Source of the DNA: Salpingoeca rosetta
Lineage: Eukaryota; Protista; Choanoflagellata
DNA: 22,280 nucleotides
Assembly (NCBI GenBank): GCA_033442325.1
Contig: JAWQFM010000004.1
Span: 2,186,837-2,209,116, forward strand
Reading direction: 5' to 3'
The notes beneath the pieces were generated by a model. It made no database searches and had not been told where the DNA came from. It saw only the letters and a program-made list of their open reading frames with translations. Below, in pieces: positions 1-17,770 of this stretch. A program made the translations under genes and the position numbers. The stretch's first letter is position 1. Each line of letters opens with the position of its first letter.

Positions 1-400
1 GCGTGGCGTGTGTATGATGCATATCTGTGTGCGTGTATGTATGTATATCTGTGTGCGCGTGTGTGCGTGTGTGGCAAGGAGAAATGGTTGCGTGTTTGGG
101 TTCGTTTGGAAGGGATCACGTACAGGGCTGAGCGTGGATGGGGAGATGAGGTGGATGCTGCCATCGTCCAAACCACTGCAAGTACACGCACACACACAAT
201 TGCACAAGAGCATATGACAAGGCGGATGAGAATGGTAACCATTGCAGCACGTAAGACGCAAGGTATGCACACACAGACACACAGACACACACACACACAC
301 ACACACACAGGCACACACACACACACACAGACACACACACACACACACACAGACACACAGACACACAGACACACAGACACACACACACACACACACACAC

Positions 401-3903
<3,503 letters not shown>

Positions 3904-4675
3904 GCAGCGAGCGAGGTCGTGATGTGTGATGTGATCTTGACAACACAAACAAACCAAGGTTGCTTCAGTTACTGAAAACTTGTGGGTATCGTTGCGAAAT
4001 TTCAGCAATCGTCAGCAATCGTCTCGCCAGAGCGCTGATGATGCGATGGCTGGTGGTGCTCTGCCAACTAGCACTTTGACGCTTGTGAGCTCGAACAGGA
4101 CACAATCCCAACCTGCGGATTCAGCATCCAGGCGCGCATCACCACGGATGACCCGCTCAACGACTTTTTACCCCCCCCCCATACAGGTGCACATGGACGG
4201 TGTGGACGCTTGTGTGTGTGTGTGTGTGTGTGTGTGTTGGATTGAAGGATGGGAGAGAGCGAGGATTGAGAGAAGCCCATGTTTCCTCTTGGAACGCGGG
4301 CACCAGTGGCGGGTGTAACGTCCACAAAGGCACGATTCTCCTCCTCCTCAACACTTCTTACCCCTCGTCACCCATCATCACCCACGACCACGCGCCGCGG
4401 TACGAACCATTCACCCGGCAGCCGCCAGTGGGCCGCGACCTGGAGCCATACACAACAGCAGCACCACCACCGGCACATGGCGACGAGAAGATGAGGGAGA
4501 GGTTGATGCGCAGCGCTTGAGCCGTTTGATGTGATCGTGCACCCACATGGGCATGCTTGAGCTGGTGCGCGTGCTNNNNNNNNNNNNNNNNNNNNNNNNN
4601 NNNNNNNNNNNNNNNNNNNNNNNNNNNNNNNNNNNNNNNNNNNNNNNNNNNNNNNNNNNNNNNNNNNNNNNNNNN

Positions 4676-4729
<54 letters not shown>

Positions 4730-4733
4730 GCAG

Positions 4734-9026
<4,293 letters not shown>

Positions 9027-9418
9027 TGTAGGGAGACAGCACTACAATACAAACCCTGAACTTAAGTGTCGTGAAGGAGTGTCAAGGCCGAACTTAAGGG
9101 TATCAAATCATAGTACTCTTGGAGTTCAGGACCAACTCAGATTCCGAACCACACAACAGAACGGAACTACCACTCCTCACCGAGGACACCAACACCCAAG
9201 ATCCGAACCTTTGCTCTCCTCTCTTTACCTTGTGCCTGTCTCTACTTCCCTTGCTTGATTGTTGTCACTTATCTTATCACTCCACTTATCTCATCGCCTT
9301 ATCCTATTACCTGTCTTCTTCACTTGTGACTTCGTCTCCCACACAGTATACAGCAAGACCCTACTCTAAGTCACTGTCAAACACTCATACACATACACAG
9401 ACCAGTCACATCACAACA
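9027..9418 (+). mobile_element. LTR copy 1 (392 bp), flanks not duplicated
   Basis: Starts TGTAGGG and ends CACAACA. Direct repeat of 13612-14003 with one substitution seen (9035 G vs 13620 C). Flanks TCGCG and AGGTT do not match. Strand is nominal. Confidence 0.9.
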
Positions 9419-9910
9419 AGGTTGTGAGGTTGCATCGGACAAGCTACACTCAGCATTGTGCACGACCGATTGTAAACTGTCGAGCTGTCAGGGTGCTCAC
9501 TGGTGTACTTGGGGTGGTGGAGACACGAGGAACAGTGGAACAAACAAGAATGAACAAAGAAACGCCAGTGTGAAGTGCACTGAAAAAAACAAACCTGGCA
9601 GGATTGTCAAATCATGTTGCCAAAGACCCGAAAAGCAATGATCAGTGTCGAACTCAAACAAAGCAAGCAAGCAAGCAAGCAAGCAAGGGATTGTCTCCAA
9701 AATGAAATTGTGACATCACACAATCAGTGACGAAGGGAACGAAGAGGACTGAAAGGGAAAGAGGGAATTGTGTCAGCTCAAGGCGGCTGAGAGGCTAAGT
9801 CGGCGAAGCAGTGTCACTGGCACCGACAGAGGTTGTAAGGAACAAGTTTTGACAAGGGCAAACAAACAAGGCCAAACAAACAGTGACATGCCCCCTCCCA
9901 AAACATTGAG

Positions 9911-11199
9911 TCAATTTGGAAAGAAAACAACTCCATTGTGCATGAAGTGCGCCGTTTGGTCAAGCAAGCCTTGCACTTCATCCCTGACATAGACACGGTC
10001 AATTTTGACAAACCAAAAGTTGCTAGGTGCACTCCAACGTTGTCGATTGACGCGGGCAATGAAGTTGTTCACGATGAGTTGCGGCGTGACATTGCCGTCT
10101 CTCAGTGCGTAGGACGAATCTGCAAGCCGCCACAAACGGCAAGACTGATTGTGTTTGCTGGGCTGATTTATGTCATACAGCGTGTTGTAAACGTGCCTGT
10201 GACTACCTGTGGAGAGACGGTAACCCATCCAAAATGGTGGCGTCAAGTTGGGGTTGCCCTGAATGACAGGGTTGTCATTTCCATTTGGGATTGAGTACGT
10301 GCATGCCTCAGGCCCTGTCACAATCACAAGTCGGCTTGCATTGATATCCAACCTGCCACATGTAAGTGTGCATGTTGTGAATCTTCTAATCAGTTGAAGA
10401 GCAAGAGGTTAACGGTCAACAAGAACAATTGCGTTCCAGAAATGCGTGAACACGCTACTGTTTCAACTTACTCGTCACCATGTGCAATCAACTGGAGGCG
10501 AAGGTGGGCCAGGTTATGGGGCAGAAAGTGCGGTCCAACTGGAAAGTTCTGGCTTACAAAGGTCGTGTTCCCGCAATCAGCAAGATTTGATTGGCGGGCC
10601 ATGAGCTTCAGGTGGTCCCGAGCCTGTGTCTTTCGCCTTGCACCAAATCGTGGCCCATGGTCATTGTAATACGGCACCGCGTATTCTGGAACGTCAAAGG
10701 AAAGGGCCGCAAAGGTGGGGGCAGCGGCGTCGTCCTCTTCAAGTTTGAGTTGCTCCACTTCAGGTTGCTCAGGTGCTTGTTGAACGTCCGCCTCATCCGC
10801 TATGCCATCAGCGGCGTTGTGAAGCATTTCGCAGTATCTCTCAGCAGAAAGACGCTTGCCAAACAACTCAAGCCAGCTGCGACGCAAATGTGCTTTTTCT
10901 GGGGCTCTCAGTTCAAACGGCTTCACTGCAATCATATCGGCAAGGTGATTCATGTTGAGACCCCCTTTGCTGTAAGATCGTCCATTCTTTCCCATAAAAG
11001 CTTTCGCGTAACGCGCCACTGAGGGAAGATACTTTTCGAGCTGTTGTTGTAAAGACGCGCGGTCATTCGAGTCGTGGAAGTAAGGAAGGAATTTGTGCCC
11101 GACCTTGTTCAGCTGCTCAGTGCTGAGGCCCTTATCACTGATGAGGGCTTGATCATAACGATCGTCCAGAGCTTCGAGCCTCTTCACAGCCAGAGACAT
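9911..11199 (-). CDS. Two-exon hypothetical protein, ~389 aa
   Basis: The 243-aa ORF 11199-10468 ends at GA|GTAAGT, a perfect donor. The 119-nt intron 10471-10353 ends TGGCAG| and joins in frame (GA+G = Glu) to the 146-aa ORF 10351-9911. No family recognised. Confidence 0.75.
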
Positions 11200-11761
11200 C
11201 GCGGTCGTGTCAGCGAGAAAATGACAAGTGCAAATACCTTGTCCTGTCAGTGTGCGGGCTCAGCTCAGCTCGCGGCAGACGTGTCTTCGGGGAAGGCCGC
11301 GTGTCACAACAGAAACTCCAGCAAGTGGTTTGCAACAGCATTGCTTTTTTCTTTTGCGACCTGACAGTTTGGGAAACCACATATCATGAACGAAGGAGAA
11401 GGATGAAAGGCTCAAATTTTGCATAATTCATTTCTTGTTTTGGAAGGTGTATGATGCCAGCAAGACAGCAAGCAAGCATTTCCGTGGGAGAAAGGGAGGG
11501 GTGAAGGAAGGAATTTTCAACTTGAAGAACAAACATGGGTCCTTCGTTCGCACTTGGTTGTTGCAACCTTCCAAACAGGAAGAAGAAGGAAGGAAACAAG
11601 GAGAAGAATGTGAGGCTCTGGCAAGTTTTGCTTTCCCGATTGGGACGTCCGTTCGCCTCCCACCGACCTTCCAACCTCTGTGATTGTGTATGAAAAATTC
11701 ACACACTGTTCCTCGTCCATTTCTTTTCGTCCTTCCAGGAACAACAACCATCACATCCAAA

Positions 11762-12724
11762 ATGGCTTGTTCGTGTTGCCACCAGCAGGGAAAGAACAAA
11801 CAAACATGTGGTAAACCAGGCCCAACGGGTCATCGATGCCTCGCAAACAAGTGTCCAAAGCCGCAAACGAGTTGTGTGTGCTGTGGTGAGCCAAGTGCAA
11901 AAAAGGAGGAATGCGGCAAAACGCACAAGTGCCGCGCCCGCAAGCACAAGTCAGTGTACCGCGAACCCCAAACACCAACATCGAACCAGGCACAAGTCAT
12001 GTCATGGAACGCCGGCCACATCAGGGATAAGAAAATCTCATTACCCAAAGTCACCGACAAAACGCGCACCCTCGTGAAGTTTATGCGCAAAACGAACACG
12101 AATCTGGCGTGTGTCGTGGAATGGACGAGCAAGCTCCAGGCCAAAAACGTGTGCGCGGAACTCAGGCGCGGGGATAACGGAAGAGTGTTCGATTTTCTAT
12201 GCACAGCCTACTTTCAAGGCCAAGACACGAATCACTTGCTGGTGTATGACACAGCCTTTTGGAGACCGGAGACATTTAAGACGTCGGACGAGAAGATCAC
12301 AGATATGGAGCTTCGATCCCGATACACTGTATGGAGAATGAAGTTCGTGCCAAATAACTCCTATTGTTTTGTGATTGGCGTTCACTTACCCAATTCAACA
12401 TCCCGATCCGGGCAGCACAATGATGCACTTGGTCGGCTCAAAGACGCCATCGCTTGGTTTCGCACCAAGTACCCTCGTGACAAAGTACTGGTCATGGGTG
12501 ACTTCAACTGCCACCGAAACATTGGCCAAGATGTTCGCAACCTGACATTACACAACAACTTACAGCTGAGGTGTCCGGTAAACCCGATCCGTCCAAACCC
12601 GATTGACGGCATTTTCGTTTCACAGCAAGTGAATGCGATCAACCCGCTCGAAATGACGAAAGTTACTCAGGAACATGAACTGTTTGATCACTCACCGCTC
12701 GGGCTCACCCTCAGTCTCAACTAA
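11762..12724 (+). CDS. Intronless EEP (exonuclease/endonuclease/phosphatase) superfamily protein with an N-terminal tandem Cys/His region, 320 aa
   Basis: ATG at 11762. EEP motifs in canonical order: VMSWN, ACVVE, VIGVHL, VMGDFN, PIDGIFV, FDHSP. N-terminus: CSCCHQQGKNKQTC...HRC and CVCCGEPSAKKEEC...HKC. Confidence 0.88.
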   Translation: MACSCCHQQGKNKQTCGKPGPTGHRCLANKCPKPQTSCVCCGEPSAKKEECGKTHKCRARKHKSVYREPQTPTSNQAQVMSWNAGHIRDKKISLPKVTDKTRTLVKFMRKTNTNLACVVEWTSKLQAKNVCAELRRGDNGRVFDFLCTAYFQGQDTNHLLVYDTAFWRPETFKTSDEKITDMELRSRYTVWRMKFVPNNSYCFVIGVHLPNSTSRSGQHNDALGRLKDAIAWFRTKYPRDKVLVMGDFNCHRNIGQDVRNLTLHNNLQLRCPVNPIRPNPIDGIFVSQQVNAINPLEMTKVTQEHELFDHSPLGLTLSLN

Positions 12725-13611
12725 CCCATGCCGTTCGTTGCTTTACGCCTTTCCATCTTTGGTCAGCTCCGCTCGTGTCCCTTCTTCGCCTTTTTGGTTG
12801 TTCCATTGGTGCTCTTTTTCTCTGTCATGTCAGTCTCTCGTTCTTTTCGTTCTTTCGTTCCGTGGCTGTGATGGATTACGTGAGTGTTTGTTTGAGCGTT
12901 GATGTGAATTCCTGTTCGTGTTGTGGACAGAAAATCAAAAGAGGCGTTTGAAACTCTTTGACCACGACTGCTCTTGCTGTCGGGCTCTCACGCCTTAGCT
13001 TTCACTTGCTTCTGTTCTTCCATTCCTCTGCTGTATGTCTCAGCGTATTCGCTGGGCGGGTGTCAGGGATGCGACTCAGTTCCGCGTCCTCTGCTCAAAA
13101 CCTGTCTTGCAATGAAACGAAGGTTGACGTTGCTGTTCCTACACTGAGCCTCGAACCTGGTTGTGGACAGTCAATGCTACTTGACATCGTGGCTGAAGCT
13201 AACCATCTCGCATACATATTGGTAACCGGAAGGACAGTGACCACCCCATGCAACCGTAGAACGAGGGCATGTGAGCAGCGTGCAACAGAAACACATGTGG
13301 AGCGCCAAGAGACGTGTGTGTGTGTGTGTTTGTGTTTGGATGTGTGCGTGCGTAGGCGTTCTGGGGCACGCACATATCAACAGGCCGACAAAAGATATGC
13401 AGACAGCACACAACACAACACATCAACATTGGTACATGAAGGTTCGTGGACACGAACACCTACACGCACACGTTAACACATCTCACCGTTTGCTGCGCCA
13501 CGAAGTGGTGTCAGTACGTGTGGCAGCTCCTCTTCGTCGTCTTCTTCGTCATCATCGTGCGGGTCCTCGTTCCAGATACTACGACTGCCACACTATTGCC
13601 AATGCCAGCGG

Positions 13612-14003
13612 TGTAGGGACACAGCACTACAATACAAACCCTGAACTTAAGTGTCGTGAAGGAGTGTCAAGGCCGAACTTAAGGGTATCAAATCATAGTA
13701 CTCTTGGAGTTCAGGACCAACTCAGATTCCGAACCACACAACAGAACGGAACTACCACTCCTCACCGAGGACACCAACACCCAAGATCCGAACCTTTGCT
13801 CTCCTCTCTTTACCTTGTGCCTGTCTCTACTTCCCTTGCTTGATTGTTGTCACTTATCTTATCACTCCACTTATCTCATCGCCTTATCCTATTACCTGTC
13901 TTCTTCACTTGTGACTTCGTCTCCCACACAGTATACAGCAAGACCCTACTCTAAGTCACTGTCAAACACTCATACACATACACAGACCAGTCACATCACA
14001 ACA
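13612..14003 (+). mobile_element. Solo LTR (392 bp) with 5-bp target-site duplication AGCGG
   Basis: TG...CA termini; AGCGG at 13607-13611 and again at 14004-14008; near-identical to 9027-9418. No polypurine tract upstream. Confidence 0.93.
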
Positions 14004-14775
14004 AGCGGTGTTTTTGTTGTTATCTTCCGCCTCTGTTGTCTCGTCTTGGAACAGCTGTAGCCGTGCACGAGGCCGCCGCACAGCTGTTGTGTTGACAAAG
14101 TTGTGTTAAGCAGCAGGTGATGGCACAACATGATGCAGGNNNNNNNNNNNNNNNNNNNNNNNNNNNNNNNNNNNNNNNNNNNNNNNNNNNNNNNNNNNNN
14201 NNNNNNNNNNNNNNNNNNNNNNNNNNNNNNNNNNNNNNNNNNNNNNNNNNNNNNNNNNNNNNNNNNNNNNNNNNNNNNNNNNNNNNNNNNNNNNNNNNNN
14301 NNNNNNNNNNNNNNNNNNNNNNNNNNNNNNNNNNNNNNNNNNNNNNNNNNNNNNNNNNNNNNNNNNNNNNNNNNNNNNNNNNNNNNNNNNNNNNNNNNNN
14401 NNNNNNNNNNNNNNNNNNNNNNNNNNNNNNNNNNNNNNNNNNNNNNNNNNNNNNNNNNNNNNNNNNNNNNNNNNNNNNNNNNNNNNNNNNNNNNNNNNNN
14501 NNNNNNNNNNNNNNNNNNNNNNNNNNNNNNNNNNNNNNNNNNNNNNNNNNNNNNNNNNNNNNNNNNNNNNNNNNNNNNNNNNNNNNNNNNNNNNNNNNNN
14601 NNNNNNNNNNNNNNNNNNNNNNNNNNNNNNNNNNNNNNNNNNNNNNNNNNNNNNNNNNNNNNNNNNNNNNTGGGTAGTAATGCGGGAACTGATCGTTCAG
14701 CAGCTCATGCTGACCGACGGTATGGTGCACTTGTGGCAGCAACTGCAACTGCTGTTGCAAGTGTGGCTTGATGTA

Positions 14776-14875
14776 GTTGTTGTTGTTGTTGTTGTTGTTG
14801 TTGCAGAAGTTGTTGTTGTTGTTGTTGCAGAAGTTGTTGTTGTTGTTGTTGTTGTTGTTGTTGATGATGTTGTTG
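14776..14875. repeat. (GTT/AAC)n trinucleotide repeat, poly-Gln or poly-Asn on the minus strand
   Basis: Seen directly, with two GCAGAA interruptions. Confidence 0.9.
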
Positions 14876-15860
14876 TGGCCAGTGTGGCTGCTGCGGCTCG
14901 CCCGTGTCATCACAACTGTCTCCGTCCACGTCGATCACATCACCGCCATTGAAACCCTCTTCGAACGCAGCACCTCCAATCACCACCACCTCCTCTTCCT
15001 CCTCCACACCATCGCTCCTGTCATGCACCACAACCACCTCGCCGCTTGTGGCAGAGAAGGCCATTCGATCCTCTTCTCTTGTCGGCTGCAAGACAAAAAG
15101 GCAGCGTCGCTGGTGGAGTGACGACTCAAGGCCGTTGTCGTCGTCGTCATTGTTGTCGTCGTCGTCGTCGTCATTGTCATTGACGCGTGCCGCTTGTAAC
15201 AACTTCATGAGCAGCACCTCCACAACATCTGCCTCCCGATCAGCCACGCACTGCAAGTACCACCCACGTGCGCAGCTGGTGTGTCGTCATGCTGACGCGG
15301 TTCCAGTCGAGAGGATGCAGGCCAGCAGCCAGCAGTGTGGCGTAAGCCAGCGCGAACAGGCCACAAGAGACGCTGTCTTGCTGATGTGACACACCCCCTA
15401 AGGTGCACGGCGTGCTCTGCCTCGATGTTGCACAGCTTGCGCAGCTGGTGCCCCAGATACCGCTGTCTGTCCTCGGTGGAAGACTGCGTTGATGAGTCTG
15501 CCACGTTCACCGTGCCGTTGTATGGCGCAGGATGGAACGTGAAGTATCTGCGAGCAAGTGCAGGCGCGTGCGTCGCGGGAGAGGACATGACGTGAGGGAA
15601 TGAGGGAAGTGAAGGAGACGAGCTGCATGCGTACACATGCGCGGGGCACAGACACACACGCACACACGCAGAGAGCCAGAAACACAGACACATAGACACA
15701 GACACAGACACGCACCTGGGCAGTGAAAAGCCTTCTGTCTGCTACTTTGAACCGGCTGTGGTTGCGAGCATCGTCGTCGCTGCCCTGAAGCGCGCTTGGA
15801 TTCAAAAGCCCGCCCAATCCTCGATGCCACAGCCTACGACGTGCACGCATACGCACGCAC

Positions 15861-15960
15861 ACATACATACATACATACATGCATACATACATACATACAT
15901 ACATACATACATACATACATACATACATACATACATACATACATACATACATACATACAT

Positions 15961-15978
<18 letters not shown>
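15861..15978. repeat. (ACAT)n tetranucleotide microsatellite
   Basis: Seen directly; intron-like position. Confidence 0.95.
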
Positions 15979-15993
<15 letters not shown>

Positions 15994-17770
15994 AAGGGGT
16001 GAGTGAACACATCACTGTGCCATCGAGCATGCGCTGAACACACCCCAAACACCACAATACTGGTATGTGCATTGCTTACCGACAGCCGAGCATGTGAATC
16101 TCGTCCGTCCCCAGCTGCCTGTCTGCAAGCGCTGCATATGCCGAGAGCGATACTGGTGGTGTAGCAGTGCTCGCCGGTGGTGCTGCTCGTGTTGCTGCTT
16201 CTGCCGCTGTTGTTGATGACTGTGATGGGGTGAAGAAGACGACCATGAGGATGATGGGGATGCCATCAAGGGAGTCCGCGACAGAAGGGTGCCCCTGAAC
16301 GGCCGTGGCGCTGTCGCTGTAGCCGTCGCAGACATGAGGTAACGGCGGCACCGTGTTCGGAAAGGAAGGTGGACAAGCCCTACTGCTGCCGCTGCTTCTG
16401 CTGCCATCACAGCTGTTGTTGCTGTCGTTGCCGTTGCTGCAGATGAGGTCGATATGTTGGCGGCTGCACTGCAATTCCGCTGCAGCGGTGGCAATGTGCT
16501 TGTGATGATTGGTGTCGTTGACAATGTCGGCATCATGGCATACATCAGAGACGATGGCCATGTTGCTGGTCCTTGTACAGGTACAGGCAATGCTGGTGGG
16601 AATGGGCCTGATGCCGCTCCCATATACTGGTTGCAGCAGTGGTGCCGCGTTGTTCATTGTGGTGGCGCTATCGCGTGTGGTGTGGATGGATGCACACCCT
16701 CTCTGCCATGTCCTCCGGCCCATGCACGAGCTCCTTGTCCTCCTTGTCCACTTCAGCCACGTTCATCCCCAGTCTGCTCTCCTGCGGTCGCCCACGCTGT
16801 ATGACTGCAGGTAGTGGTGGCGGCAATGTCACATGTGTGCGGTTGTGTGCGTGTGCATGAGTGTGTGCATGCGTGTGATCGAGGAGGAATAAAAGTGATG
16901 AACGGGGACGTGACTGCAGCCGGCTTACATTGTGAGCACTTTGGAGGTCGAGCGTTGAGCAGGCGCTTGCATGAGAGTCGGGGAGGGGGGTAGTTCTTGT
17001 GGCAGATGCTTCCTGATATGGTAGCAGCAGGGTGGTGTGAAAGGTGGTCAGGTCGGATTGGAAGGTTGTGGTTGGTGGGAGCAGTCAGTGGAGTGAGTGG
17101 AGTGTATTGCATACACACAGTCTTTCTACACACACATTGCTGTTACCTTGCGCTGCCTGCTCCTTCTTCATGTGCAAACTCTCAAAGCAACAGCAGCACG
17201 CTGAACACGTTCAACACTTGTGTCATCTTCTTGCACCGCCATGTGCGCGACACAAAGAGCACGGTCGCATTGCCCACTGCATCGTGGAGTGGCTGCCACC
17301 GCTTGTGCAACAGATCAATAGCACACGCGCAGCAGAGGCAGCTGTCCCTCTTTGTTGTGCCACCACCACGACGAGCTGCTTGCTTGCTTGCTTGCCAGCT
17401 TGCGTGTTCGCGAGGAAGGCCTTCCTTGTGATCGCATCCCCAGACCACCACAGTGTGCTTGCTTGTTTTCTTTCCTTTTTGCTTTCTGTCCTTTGCTGCT
17501 TGTTGGCGAAAAGTGGCGCTCGCATTGACAAAACGCACCACGCTGTTTGCTTCCTTCTTTGCTTGCCTTGTTGTTGACAGAGAAGGAAAATCCTTGCGTT
17601 TCTGGCAACACCTGCCACCCGATTTGGAAGCACTTTCCCTCCCTTTAGCACGCAAGACAATATTTTTTATTGTTGTGCCTCACGCACAAACAAGACGATT
17701 GGTGGGTGTAATAGTTACTTTTCGTTCAGGGCACCTGCAGCAGAAACAAACCACAACACAACAAACAGCG

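Larger units (their letters stand above)
13485..16805 (-). pseudogene. Degenerate multi-exon low-complexity gene (poly-Q/poly-D), interrupted by the solo LTR and a gap
   Basis: Exon-like blocks lie between CA/ACAT-filled introns, with donors near 16078 (GTAAGC), 15715 (GTGCGT) and 13484 (GTGAG). The protein-like frames need frameshifts or contain stops (e.g. GCGIEDWAGF*...SK*QTEGFSLPR joining YFTFHPAPYN). No domain confidently recognised; boundaries approximate. Confidence 0.4.

Noticed and set aside
60-180. Possible next nnr exon after TTGCAG on minus (SGLDDGSIHLISP...)
   Set aside because: It does not resemble the expected continuation of the dehydratase domain. The true exon is probably outside the window.
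9119-9427. 102-aa ORF inside the LTR, repeated at 13704
   Set aside because: It has a TTG start, is pyrimidine-rich and low in information, and repeats only because the LTR repeats.
11762-12724. APE endonuclease of a LINE element
   Set aside because: A stop follows the EEP domain directly, and no RT ORF or poly-A tail lies downstream.
9429-13254. GGTTGCAT / ATGCAACC as terminal inverted repeats of the island
   Set aside because: Only about 8 bp match, with no TSD or transposase; compatible with chance.
9027-14003. A single intact LTR retrotransposon (two LTRs plus a 4.2-kb internal region)
   Set aside because: The outer flanks (TCGCG, AGCGG) are not a TSD, LTR2 has its own TSD on both sides, there is no PPT before LTR2, and no gag/pol motifs lie inside.
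16740-16805. PDZ-like start (IQRGRPQESRLGMNV) in the minus-strand pseudogene
   Set aside because: Only a short loop-like resemblance; the rest of a PDZ fold is not recognisable.
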